NCBI GenBank assembly: GCA_963803435.1
Contig: CAWDML010000003.1
Coordinates: 96,001 to 160,000 of the forward strand
Length of the DNA stretch: 64,000 nt
Reading direction: 5' to 3'
Origin: an uncultured delta proteobacterium
GTDB lineage: Bacteria > Myxococcota > Kuafuiibacteriia > Kuafuiibacteriales > Kuafuiibacteriaceae
Shown: positions 9,840-19,608 of the stretch, one piece after another
Position numbering within the stretch: the first letter of the stretch is position 1
Layout of the letters: each line of letters begins with the position of its first letter
Made by a program: the position numbers and the translations under genes
The notes under the pieces: model-generated
Databases searched by the model: none
What the model saw: the letters and a program-made list of their open reading frames with translations, nothing else
What the model was told of the DNA's origin: nothing

Positions 9840-10751
9840 GTGCTCGGCTGGGTGTTGCCGCTGGCGACCACGATCCTGGCCTACGGCCTCGCAGCGGGCA
9901 TTTGGAAGAGCGCCGCGCTCACGGCCGGCCAGTTCTGCGTCCTGTTCGTCGTCGTGAAGGTGGTGACGAACCTGGGCGCGTGGGCCGCGTTCAGCCGGAA
10001 ATCGATCTTCGAACAGGAATCGCGCGCATTTATTCGGTGGTGCGCCTTCGGGCACATCCTCAACGGGCTTGCCTGGATCTGCTACTTCACGGCCCTGTCG
10101 ACCGGTCCGGTCGCGATCGTGCAGACCGTCACCGCCGGGTATACGGCGTTGTCGGCCGTGCTCGCGCTGATCTTCCTCAAGGAGCGGCTGGTGGCCGTAC
10201 AGGCCCTCGGGATCGTGCTGGTGATCGCCGCGGCGATGATGATCGGGTACGCGACGGGTGGGGCCGGCGAGGCGGGCAGCGACCGGACCTGGTTCATCGC
10301 CAGCATGATGACGATCGCGTTCTGGGGCGGCGCGATGGTGTTCTTCAAGCACGCCTACAACCAGCCGGGTGCCGACGACTGGCGCTTCTTCGTCGTCAAC
10401 TTCATCGGTATGGCGCTCACCGTACTTCCGTACGGGCTCACGCAGCTCGAAGGCGCGACCTGGGCGCCGGAGGCCCTCGGGCTCGGCCTGGTGATCGTCT
10501 TTCTCTATGCGGTCGGTGACCTGACGCTCTTCGCGGCCATCAGCCGCGGGCCGGCGGCGATCGTGAGCCCGCTCTCCGGGCTCTATCCCATCCCCACGAT
10601 CGTCTACGCGGCGCTGGTGCTCGACGAATCGATCAACGGCCTCGAGTGGATCGCGATGGCGATGGTGCTCGTCGCGATCGTGATGATCGTCCCCGCGAAG
10701 GACAACCCGATCCTCCGGATCTTCGGCCGGAGGGAAGAGGAGCGCTCATGA
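9840..10751 (+). CDS. EamA/DMT family transporter
   Basis: About 10 hydrophobic helices in two EamA halves (ALSTGPVAIV...LIFLKERL; AISRGPAAIVSPL...LVLDESI). Start uncertain (9795 ATG or 9840 GTG). Confidence 0.85.
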   Translation: MLGWVLPLATTILAYGLAAGIWKSAALTAGQFCVLFVVVKVVTNLGAWAAFSRKSIFEQESRAFIRWCAFGHILNGLAWICYFTALSTGPVAIVQTVTAGYTALSAVLALIFLKERLVAVQALGIVLVIAAAMMIGYATGGAGEAGSDRTWFIASMMTIAFWGGAMVFFKHAYNQPGADDWRFFVVNFIGMALTVLPYGLTQLEGATWAPEALGLGLVIVFLYAVGDLTLFAAISRGPAAIVSPLSGLYPIPTIVYAALVLDESINGLEWIAMAMVLVAIVMIVPAKDNPILRIFGRREEERS

Positions 10752-11890
10752 AGATCCTGGTGCTCGGCGGTGTCGGTGCCATGGGGAGCGAGGCGACGCG
10801 AGACCTGGCGCGCACCAGCGCGTTCGAGGAGATCGTGATCGCGGACGCGAACCTCGCCAAGGCCGAGGCGTTGGCGCGGGAGCTGGGCGGCGGCCGTGTC
10901 CGCGCCGTGGCGGCGGACGTGTCTGACGAGGGCTCGCTCCCTCCGCTCTTCGCGGACTACGACGTCATTCTCAACTGTACCTCGTACGTGTTCGGGCTCG
11001 GGATCACGCGGGCGGCCCTCGAGGCGCGCCGGTCGCTCCTCGACCTGGGCGGGCTCTACAACACGCCGAAGCAGCTCGCGCTCGGAGAGGAGGCCAAGGA
11101 CAAGGGCGTCCTCATCGTCCTCGGTATGGGCGCGACGCCCGGGGTCTCCAACCTGATGGCTCGCGACGCCGCGGACCGCATGGATCAGGTCGACGAGATC
11201 CACGTCTCCTTCGCCACCTTTCGCCCGATCGCGCCCTCGCCCGGGCTGCTCTCCACGGTGCTCGACGAGTTCTCGCCGCAGACCCAGCGCTTCTACTATC
11301 AGGACGGCGCACACGTAGAGGCGCGACCGTTCGACGGTGCGCGGGAGGTGGAGTTCGCACCTCCGGTCGGGCGGGTCACGACGTACTTCGTGCCCCACTC
11401 CGAGATCCACACGCTCCCCCGCTTCATCAGCGGCGTGAAGCGGGTCTATCTCCGCGGGACCTGGCGGCCGGAGATCATGGCCGTGCTCCGGCACTACGGC
11501 GAGATCGGGCTGCTGTCGAGCGATCCGATCGAGGTCGACGGTGCGCGCGTCGCGCCCAAGAGGCTGCTGGCCGCCGTCCACCTGGCGAAGCATCCCTGGC
11601 CCGACGACGAGCAGTGGGCGTTCTACGTGAACGTCCAGGTGCAGGGGAAGAAGGATGGCGCGCCCACGACCGCGACCTACAACCTCTCGCATCCACCGCC
11701 GGCGGAGTGGCAGAAGTCCGCGACCGGTCGGGTCACCGGCATCCCCGCCTCGATCGCGGCGCAGAAGATCGCGCGGGGCGAGGTGCGCGCCGCCGCCGGT
11801 GTCTTCGCGCCCGAGGCGGTCTTCGATCCGGTCCCGTTCTTCGACGCGCTGGCCGAGCGGAAGATCTCGGTCGTACGGGAGTCAGCATGA
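10748..11890 (+). CDS. Saccharopine dehydrogenase / carboxynorspermidine dehydrogenase-like NAD(P)-dependent oxidoreductase
   Basis: MKILVLGGVGAMG Rossmann motif, GMGATPGVSN, HSEIHTLPR. ATGA overlap with the upstream gene. Confidence 0.85.
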   Translation: MKILVLGGVGAMGSEATRDLARTSAFEEIVIADANLAKAEALARELGGGRVRAVAADVSDEGSLPPLFADYDVILNCTSYVFGLGITRAALEARRSLLDLGGLYNTPKQLALGEEAKDKGVLIVLGMGATPGVSNLMARDAADRMDQVDEIHVSFATFRPIAPSPGLLSTVLDEFSPQTQRFYYQDGAHVEARPFDGAREVEFAPPVGRVTTYFVPHSEIHTLPRFISGVKRVYLRGTWRPEIMAVLRHYGEIGLLSSDPIEVDGARVAPKRLLAAVHLAKHPWPDDEQWAFYVNVQVQGKKDGAPTTATYNLSHPPPAEWQKSATGRVTGIPASIAAQKIARGEVRAAAGVFAPEAVFDPVPFFDALAERKISVVRESA

Positions 11891-13323
11891 AGAAGGTTCA
11901 GATGTTCATCGGCGGCCGGCAGGCCGACGCCGCCGCCGGTGAGACCGAGACGATCCTCGATCCGTCGACCGAGCAGCCGCTGGCCGAGGTCCCGCTCGGA
12001 TCGGCCGAGGACGTCGATCGCGCGGTGGACGCCGCCGCCGCCGCCTTCGAGGGCTGGGCTGGTGCCACGCCGAAGGATCGGTCGCGCGCGCTGCTGGCGC
12101 TGGCAGATCTGATCGACCGGCACGCGGCCGAGCTCGCCGAGCTCGAGTCGAAGAACGTCGGCAAACCGATCGGGCTCGCCGAGTCGGAGATGCCGTTCAA
12201 CTCGGACAACCTGCGCTTCTTCGCAGGCGCCGCCCGCTGTCTCGAGGGGCGCGCCACCGGTGAGTACGCGGCCGATCGCACCAGCTGGATCCGTCGGGAG
12301 CCGGTGGGCGTCGTCGGATCGATCGCGCCTTGGAACTACCCCCTGATGATGGCGGTGTGGAAGATCGGACCCGCGCTCGCGGCCGGGAACACGGTCGTGC
12401 TGAAACCGGCCGAGACCACGCCGCTGACGGCGCTGCGGTTCGCCGAGCTGGCTGCCGAGATCCTGCCGGCGGGTGTCCTCAACGTGGTGACGGGGCACGG
12501 TCGTCCCGTCGGACAGGCGATCGTCGAGCATCCGCGGGTCCGCATGGTCTCGCTGACGGGCGACGTGGCCACCGGAAAGTCCGTGGCGCGGTCGGCCGCG
12601 GAGAGCCTGAAGCGCGTACATCTCGAGCTGGGCGGGAAGGCGCCGGTGATCGTATTCGACGACGCGGATCTCGATGAAGTGGTCGCGAGTGTACGGGCCA
12701 ACGGATACATCAACAGCGGACAGGACTGCACCGCGGCCTGCCGGGTGTACGCCGAGAAGCCCATCTTCGATCGCTTCCTCGCCGAGCTGGTCCCGGCGGT
12801 CGAGTCGATCAAGGTCGGCGATCCGTCCGATCGCTCGACAGAGATGGGGTCGTTGATCTCGGACCGCCAGCGCAGTCGCGTGGCCGGGTTCGTCGACCGC
12901 GTGCGCGGGACCGGGCATGGCGTGGTGGCGACCGGGGGGGCGGTGCGCTCGCGCGCCGGCTACTACTACGAGCCGACGGTGGTTGCGGGCGCGGAGCAGA
13001 GCGACGAGATCGTCCAGCGCGAGGTCTTCGGTCCGGTGGTGACGGTGACACGATTCGTCCGGGACGAGGAGGCGATCCGGTTCGCCAACGATGTCCGCTA
13101 CGGCCTGGCCGCGTCCGTCTGGACGAACAGCCTCGATCGCGCGCTCGAAGCGTCGCGCCGCCTTCGTTTCGGCACCGTCTGGATCAACGACCACTGCACG
13201 ATGGTGAGCGAGATGCCCCACGGCGGGAGCAAGGACTCGGGCTACGGCAAGGACATGTCGATGTATGCGGTCGAGGAGTACACCGAAGTGAAGCACGTGA
13301 TGGCGCGGATCCGACGAGGATGA
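11887..13323 (+). CDS. Gamma-aminobutyraldehyde dehydrogenase-like aldehyde dehydrogenase (PatD/YdcW type)
   Basis: APWNYPLMMAVWK, LELGGKAP, NSGQDCTAACR, EVFGPV, EMPHGG...SGYGKDMSMY, typical of the aminobutyraldehyde dehydrogenase subfamily. Confidence 0.88.
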   Translation: MKKVQMFIGGRQADAAAGETETILDPSTEQPLAEVPLGSAEDVDRAVDAAAAAFEGWAGATPKDRSRALLALADLIDRHAAELAELESKNVGKPIGLAESEMPFNSDNLRFFAGAARCLEGRATGEYAADRTSWIRREPVGVVGSIAPWNYPLMMAVWKIGPALAAGNTVVLKPAETTPLTALRFAELAAEILPAGVLNVVTGHGRPVGQAIVEHPRVRMVSLTGDVATGKSVARSAAESLKRVHLELGGKAPVIVFDDADLDEVVASVRANGYINSGQDCTAACRVYAEKPIFDRFLAELVPAVESIKVGDPSDRSTEMGSLISDRQRSRVAGFVDRVRGTGHGVVATGGAVRSRAGYYYEPTVVAGAEQSDEIVQREVFGPVVTVTRFVRDEEAIRFANDVRYGLAASVWTNSLDRALEASRRLRFGTVWINDHCTMVSEMPHGGSKDSGYGKDMSMYAVEEYTEVKHVMARIRRG

Positions 13324-15329
13324 TCGTGATGCGAGGAGCCGGGATCCTGTTCCTCTCGGTGGCCGCCTGCGCGCAGCCGCAGGCCGCGCAGCCGGGCCCC
13401 AAGGCTGCCGCGCCCGCGTCGGCGGCCCATCCCCCGTCGCCACACCCGCTGGATCCGCTCACCGCCGACGAGCTGGCCACCGCGGTCGACGTGCTCAGGA
13501 CCGAGGGCAAGCTGACCGAGGGGATGCTGTTCCCGATCCTGGTGCTCCACGAGCCGCCCAAGGAGGAGGTGCTGGCGTTCACCAGCGGACAGCCGATCCG
13601 GCGGGAGGCGTTCGCGGTGCTCCTCGATCGCGCCGCCAAGAAGACGTTCGAGGCGGTGATCGACGTGGTCCAGCGGAAGGTGGTCTCCTGGAAGGAGATC
13701 CCGGGCGTGCAGCCGGCCGTGCTCATCGAGGAGTTCGACTCGCCGAAGCAGCTGGTGCGCGACGACCCGCGCTGGCGAGCCGCCATCGCGAAGCGCGGGA
13801 TCACCGACCTGGAGAACGTGCAGATCGACACCTGGGCGGCCGGCGTGCTCTCGAAGTCGGAGCGGGCCTCGGGGCTCCGCCTATTGCGGGCGCTCGCGTA
13901 CTATCGCGGCAAGGACGGCACCAACCCGTACTATCGTCCGATCGAGGGCGTGGTCGCGACGGTCGACGTTGCTCACAAGAAGGTGCTCGAGGTGATCGAC
14001 ACCGGCGTGATCCCGTGGGTGAAGGAGGCAGGTCAGCTCGACCCGAAGAGCATCGGAGCCCAACGGGCGGCGCCGAAGCCGCTCCACATCACGCAGCCTG
14101 AGGGCCCGAGCTTCGTCATCGATGGTCACCAGATCCGCTGGCAGAACTGGCGCTTCCGCGTGGGGATGCACCCGCGCGAGGGCGTCGTCCTCTACGACGT
14201 CCGCTACGACGACCACGGCAAGGAGCGTCGGATCCTCTACCGGGCGGCCCTCTCGGAGATGGTGGTTCCGTACGGCGACACCGACCCGAACTGGATCTGG
14301 CGCAACGCCTTCGATCTGGGCGAGTACGGCGTGGGTCGGCTGGCGAACACCCTCACGGCCGGGCTCGACGTGCCGGAGAACGCCGCCTTCCTCGACGCCG
14401 TCTTCGCCGACGACTTCGGCAAGGCCTACGTGCAAGATAAGGCCATCGGGATCTACGAGCGGGACATCGGGATCCTCTGGAAGCACTTCGACTTCGAGAC
14501 GAGCCACGACGAGACGCGCCGCGAGCGGCAGCTGATCGTTCAGTTCGTCGCCACCATCGGCAACTACGACTACAGCATCCAGTGGATCTTCACGCAGGCG
14601 GCCGCGATCCAGGTGCAGGCCGAGCTCACCGGGATCATGCTCCCGAAGGGCGTCGCCGAGGAGAAGTCGAACGGCACCAGCGGCACGGGTCCCGAGCGCT
14701 TCGGTCGCATGGTCCACCACAACGTGGTGGCGCCGAACCACCAGCACTTCTTCAACTTCAGGATCGACCTCGACGTCGACGGCTCGAAGAACAGCTTCGC
14801 GATCCTCGACGATAAGCCGCTCCCGAAGAGCGAGAACCCGAGCCTCAACGCCTTCGTCTTCCAGGAGACGCGCCCCGCCACCGAGAAGGCGGCGAGGAGC
14901 GACATCAACATGATGACGCAGCGGATCTGGCGCGTCTTCAACCCGGACGTCACGACCACTCTGGGGCAGCCGACAGCCTATGCGCTGGTCCCCGGACACA
15001 ACTCGTTCCCGTATCTCGACCCGGGATCGGAGGTGAGAAAGCGCGCCGGCTTCATCGATCACCACGTTTGGGTGACCCGGTACAAGCCGGACGAGATGAA
15101 TGGCGGCGGGTACTATCCGAACCAGAGCCAGGACGCCGACGGTCTCCCGGTGTGGACCGCCGACGATGAGCCGATCGCAGGCCAGGACATCGTGCTCTGG
15201 TACACCTTCGGCGTCACCCACAACCCGCGACCCGAGGAGTGGCCGGTCATGCCGTCGCACCGCGCCGGCTTCATGCTGGTGCCCGACGGCTTCTTCACCC
15301 AGAACCCCGCGCTCGACGTGCCCCGCTGA
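13320..15329 (+). CDS. tynA: Copper/TPQ primary amine oxidase, predicted lipoprotein
   Basis: HPLDPLT, TIGNYDY (TPQ precursor), NHQHFFNFRIDLDVDG, THNPRPEEWPVMP; signal peptide ending LSVAAC. Confidence 0.92.
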   Translation: MIVMRGAGILFLSVAACAQPQAAQPGPKAAAPASAAHPPSPHPLDPLTADELATAVDVLRTEGKLTEGMLFPILVLHEPPKEEVLAFTSGQPIRREAFAVLLDRAAKKTFEAVIDVVQRKVVSWKEIPGVQPAVLIEEFDSPKQLVRDDPRWRAAIAKRGITDLENVQIDTWAAGVLSKSERASGLRLLRALAYYRGKDGTNPYYRPIEGVVATVDVAHKKVLEVIDTGVIPWVKEAGQLDPKSIGAQRAAPKPLHITQPEGPSFVIDGHQIRWQNWRFRVGMHPREGVVLYDVRYDDHGKERRILYRAALSEMVVPYGDTDPNWIWRNAFDLGEYGVGRLANTLTAGLDVPENAAFLDAVFADDFGKAYVQDKAIGIYERDIGILWKHFDFETSHDETRRERQLIVQFVATIGNYDYSIQWIFTQAAAIQVQAELTGIMLPKGVAEEKSNGTSGTGPERFGRMVHHNVVAPNHQHFFNFRIDLDVDGSKNSFAILDDKPLPKSENPSLNAFVFQETRPATEKAARSDINMMTQRIWRVFNPDVTTTLGQPTAYALVPGHNSFPYLDPGSEVRKRAGFIDHHVWVTRYKPDEMNGGGYYPNQSQDADGLPVWTADDEPIAGQDIVLWYTFGVTHNPRPEEWPVMPSHRAGFMLVPDGFFTQNPALDVPR

Positions 15330-15441
15330 CGCCGCGTCTCGATGCGCGCGGGACCTACCTGCCGCCATCTGCCTCAGGGCTGGTCACCCCCGTCGTTCGG
15401 CTCAAGCTTGGCCCCCACCGGCCGATTTGCCTCATTGGCAG

Positions 15442-16879
15442 ATGACCTTGCACCCGGCCATGGAGCGCAGAGCTCGGCTCGTCCGGATCCTCGCCCTGGT
15501 CGAAGCGGTCCTGATGCCGCTCAGCGCGCTCACGGTCCGCGGATCCTCGAACCCCGGGCTGGCGCTCGAGGTGCCGAAGGTCATGCTCCCCGGCGCCTGC
15601 ATCATGTTCCTGGCGTACCTGATGGCCCGGGCCCGGAAGGTCGAGGTGGCCTCGGTGTTGTTCGTGGCGACCCACTGGCTGATCCCGCTGGCCATCGCCT
15701 ACATGATTCCACACCCGTACGAGAACGACGCCGTCTCCGTGCTGTTCCTGACCCTCGCTGTGCTGGCGGCGAGCCTCCTGATCGGCGTCCGCGGGGTGGT
15801 GGCCACGGCGGCCTCCGCGGTGGCGGCGATCGTTGTCCTTCGACTGATGCTGCGGCCCCAGGCGTTCGCGAGTCCCATGCTGGAGACGCTGGTCTTCTTC
15901 GTCATGTTCTCGGTGACGCTGATCGGCGCCTCGATCCATCGGAACGGCGAGGAAGCGGACCGCGCAAAAGAGATCCGCGCTCGCAACGCTGAGCTCGAGC
16001 ACCTACGGGCGAACCTCGAGCATCGCGTCGCCGATCGAACGATTCGAGCTCGAGCTCGCGAACACCGAGCTGACGATGGCCAACGACCTCCTGCGCACCA
16101 GCCAGGACCGGATGCTCCTCGCCGAGAAGATGGCCTCGCTCGGACGTCTGACGGCCGGTATCGCACACGAGATGAACTCACCGCTGGCGGCCATCCGCGC
16201 CTCCGTCGAGTCCGCCGCGGAGCTGATGACTGAATACAAGGCGTCGATCGGAGACCCCAGCGTCAACGACGACGACTACCGCGAGATCGGCCGCGAGCTC
16301 GACGAGTGCCTGGACCTGGCCGCTGCGGGGGTCGCACGCGCGGTGGACTTCGTCCGCAGCATCAAGGCCCAGACCCGGGAGCCGACGAGCAACGACCCCG
16401 TCCAATTCGACGCGGTCACTGCTGTACGCGACGCCCTCAGCCTCCTCGGTCATCGGGCCATCGCCGAGAAGAGCAGCCTCTCGTTCCATGCCTCGATGGA
16501 CCACGCCGAGATCCGCGGCAAGCCGGGGCGGCTCGAGCAGGTGGTGACGAACCTGGTCCAGAACGGGATCGACGCCACCCGCGACCACGGCGGGGGCGAG
16601 GTGAGCGTCAAGCTCGAGCGCGAGGGAGGAGAGCTGGTCCTCAGCGTCGCCGACGACGGCTGTGGGATTCCCGCCGACGTCCTCCCGAAGATCTTCGATC
16701 CGCTCTTCACCACCAAGCCGATCGGCCAGGGCACCGGCCTCGGGCTCACCATCGTCCACGACATCGTCTACGGAGAGCTCGGCGGCCGGCTCGATGTCTC
16801 GTGTCTCCCTCACGGAGGGACCGCCTTCATCGCACGGCTACCGCTCATCGAGGAGATCCAGGATGGCACGCAAGCATAA
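15442..16879 (+). CDS. Membrane sensor histidine kinase (frameshift near 16043, probably a sequencing error)
   Basis: Multi-TM N-terminus in one frame; [21 protein letters not shown] and HATPase in the next. Removing one T from GATTC (16041-16045) joins them. Confidence 0.8.
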
Positions 16880-18161
16880 AACGACGCAGGAGTCCGGCCA
16901 TGTGGTCCTCCTCATCGACGACAATCCCGAGTACCTGCGCTCGACCGAGCGGATCCTCCGCCGCGCCGGACACCGCGTCCTCACGGCCGAAGGAGGGCCT
17001 CAGGGTCTCGAGATCGTGAAGTCGGAGCCCGTGGAGGTGATCCTCGTCGACTTCCTGATGCCCGTGATGAACGGCGAGGAGTTCGTTCGCGAGCTGCGGA
17101 CCTTCAACAAGAAGGTCCAGGTCATCCTGCAGACCGGCTACGCGCAAGAGCTCCCTCCGGCGGCGATGCTCAAGAAGCTCGACATCCAGGGCTACCACGA
17201 GAAGAGCGACGGGCCCTACAAGCTGCTGCTCTGGACCGACGTGGGGCTGCAGGCCGCCCAGACCGTGCGCCGGCTGGAGCAGGTCCGCGCGGGCCTTACG
17301 CGCATCCTCGAGGTTTCGCGTGAAGGCGAGCCGCTCGACGAGCTCATGCAAGGTATCCTGCAGCAGGCTACGGCGCTCTTGGGGCAGGGCGATTCCTGTC
17401 TGGTCACCGATGAGAAGGGCGAGCTCATGGTCGCCGCCGGTCTCGGTCGATTTCAGCAGGGTCAGCGCGTCGCCGAGCTGCTGGACGAGGAGACGGTCCA
17501 GCTCGTTCGCTCCGCGCTTGCCGGCCGAAACCCCATCAGCTCGGAGGGCTGCTACGTGCTACCGCTGGACGCAAGCGATCTCTCCCTCGCCATCGTCCAC
17601 CTCGATCACCTCACGAACGACAGCATCGACCTCCAGATCCTGCAGCTCTTCGCCCACCACGCGTCCATCGCGATCCACAACGCCAAGCTTCACGATGGGG
17701 TCGCGGTCGACGGGGCCACCGGCGCCTACACCCGCCGCTTCTTCGAGCACGCGCTGCTGCGTGAGCTCCGTATCTCACATCGGTCCCGCCAGCCGCTCTC
17801 GGTCCTGCGGGTGGGTTATCGAGCAGAAGATCCACCGCTCGCGATCAGCGAGCTGATCCGGCGCTCGACGCGCGCGACGGACGTGCTTGGGCGCTACGGC
17901 GAGCGGGAGTTCTGCGTCGTGCTCCCGAACACCGACGCTGCCGGAGCGGGTGTCGTGGCCGAACGCATCGCGAGCGGCCTGGTCGAGGCCAACGTCGGCG
18001 CAGCGGCCCTCTCACCGCCCCCCGAGAACGCGCAGATGTCGGTCCCGGAGCAGTACTTCAGGAGCGTCGCCCACACGATGATCGGTCAAGCGGAAGAGAC
18101 CGTTCACAACGAGGCCTTCCAGGCGGTCGCACTCTCGCTCGACTGGCCTCCTTTGCCGTAA
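16863..18161 (+). CDS. REC-GAF-degenerate GGDEF protein, paralog of 780-2225
   Basis: Shares LQTGYA...LDIQGYHEKSDGP.KLLLW with the first copy; active-site motif is RATDVLGRYGEREF. Confidence 0.85.
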   Translation: MARKHKTTQESGHVVLLIDDNPEYLRSTERILRRAGHRVLTAEGGPQGLEIVKSEPVEVILVDFLMPVMNGEEFVRELRTFNKKVQVILQTGYAQELPPAAMLKKLDIQGYHEKSDGPYKLLLWTDVGLQAAQTVRRLEQVRAGLTRILEVSREGEPLDELMQGILQQATALLGQGDSCLVTDEKGELMVAAGLGRFQQGQRVAELLDEETVQLVRSALAGRNPISSEGCYVLPLDASDLSLAIVHLDHLTNDSIDLQILQLFAHHASIAIHNAKLHDGVAVDGATGAYTRRFFEHALLRELRISHRSRQPLSVLRVGYRAEDPPLAISELIRRSTRATDVLGRYGEREFCVVLPNTDAAGAGVVAERIASGLVEANVGAAALSPPPENAQMSVPEQYFRSVAHTMIGQAEETVHNEAFQAVALSLDWPPLP

Positions 18162-18186
18162 GGTTTGGGGCGATCGGGCCGAATCG

Positions 18187-19608
18187 ATGAGCATGGATCG
18201 CGTACTAGTTGTCGACGACGAGGCGGGCTCTCGCGTCGTCACCGCGCAACGCCTCGTCCGCCGGGGCTACGCGGTCGATGCCTGCGAGAACGGCATGACC
18301 GCGATCGAGCGGCTGCGCACGCAAGACTACGACCTGATCATCACCGACGTTCAGATGCCGATGCTCGACGGTCTCGGTTTGCTCGACGCCGTCCAGGAGA
18401 TCGCTCCCGATACAGAGGTGCTGGTGATGACCGGCTTCGCGACGATCGACGTCGCCATCGCCGCCATCAAGAATGGCGCGTACGACTTCCTCCAGAAGCC
18501 CTTCACCGCCGAAGAGCTGGTCGCGAAGGCGGCCCGCGCCCTCGAGCACAAGTCGCTCCGAGCATCGGCAGCGATCCAGCAGATCAGCCAGGCGATCTTC
18601 TCCACGCGAGACCCCAAGAGGCTGCCCGGTACGATCGCGGAGCTCGCGGTCTCCGTCCTGGAGGCCGACCGCGCCGAGCTGATCGCGCCTGCGCCGCTCG
18701 AGAAGCGGGCCCGTGAGCCGACCCTCTCGCGCGCCAGCATCGACTTCCCGCTCTGGTCCGGGACCCGGATCCTCGGGGTCCTCTCGATCGAGCGGGACGA
18801 GCAGCGCCGGCCCTTCCGCTCCTCCGATCTGGAGAAGGCCTCGGTGATCGCCGCGCAGAGCGTGCTGGCCCTGGAGAACGTGCGGTTGATGGAGGAGGCG
18901 GTGGCGGCCGATCGGCTGTCGACCGTCGGTCGGATGGCGAGCAGCGTCGCCCACGACATCAACAACCCGGTGACCTACCTGCTCGCGAACATCGAGTACG
19001 CCCGTTCTCGCCTGGAGGCCACGGATGGGCTGCCGCTCGACCTCGACGAGCTGCGGCAGTGCTTGCAGGACGCCGAACTGGGCGCCCAGCAGATCCGCCA
19101 GATCGCGTCGGACTTCAGCGCCATCGCGCGCGACAGCGTCGACCGGATGGAGCTCTTCGACATCAACGAGTCCGTCCGATCCGCGCTGCGCATCGCAGGC
19201 GCCGAGCTGAGGCGCCGCGGAATGGTCGAGGTGAAGCTCAGCGACGGGCTCGACGTCATCGGATCGGCCGCCCGGATGTCGCAGGTCTTCGTGAACCTCC
19301 TGGTCAACGCCGTCGAGGCGCTCCGGGACGAGGGCGTGGGACGCATCGGTGTCCGCACGATCCGCCGGGACGATCGCGTGATCGTCGAGATCGAGGACGA
19401 CGGCAAGGGCATCCCGTCCGAGCACCTCTCACAGCTCTTCGAGCCGTTCTTCGGCCGGGGACGCGGGCTCGCCAACAGCCTCGACATCGTCCGCGCTCAC
19501 AGCGGCGTGATCGAGGTGAGCTCCCGCGAGGGCAGCGGCTCCCGCTTCAGCGTGATCCTTCCCGGCGGGAGGGCTCAGCCGAAGGCGACCTCGCAAGCGG
19601 CAACGTGA
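18187..19608 (+). CDS. Hybrid response regulator/histidine kinase (REC-GAF-HisKA-HATPase)
   Basis: VLVVDDE...TDVQMP receiver; VAHDINNP; NLLVNA; EDDGKGI. Confidence 0.88.
   Translation: MSMDRVLVVDDEAGSRVVTAQRLVRRGYAVDACENGMTAIERLRTQDYDLIITDVQMPMLDGLGLLDAVQEIAPDTEVLVMTGFATIDVAIAAIKNGAYDFLQKPFTAEELVAKAARALEHKSLRASAAIQQISQAIFSTRDPKRLPGTIAELAVSVLEADRAELIAPAPLEKRAREPTLSRASIDFPLWSGTRILGVLSIERDEQRRPFRSSDLEKASVIAAQSVLALENVRLMEEAVAADRLSTVGRMASSVAHDINNPVTYLLANIEYARSRLEATDGLPLDLDELRQCLQDAELGAQQIRQIASDFSAIARDSVDRMELFDINESVRSALRIAGAELRRRGMVEVKLSDGLDVIGSAARMSQVFVNLLVNAVEALRDEGVGRIGVRTIRRDDRVIVEIEDDGKGIPSEHLSQLFEPFFGRGRGLANSLDIVRAHSGVIEVSSREGSGSRFSVILPGGRAQPKATSQAAT

Noticed and set aside
19547-19608. 62 bp 3' overlap of convergent kinase genes as antisense regulation
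   Set aside because: Short tail-to-tail overlaps are common in GC-rich genomes; no further support.
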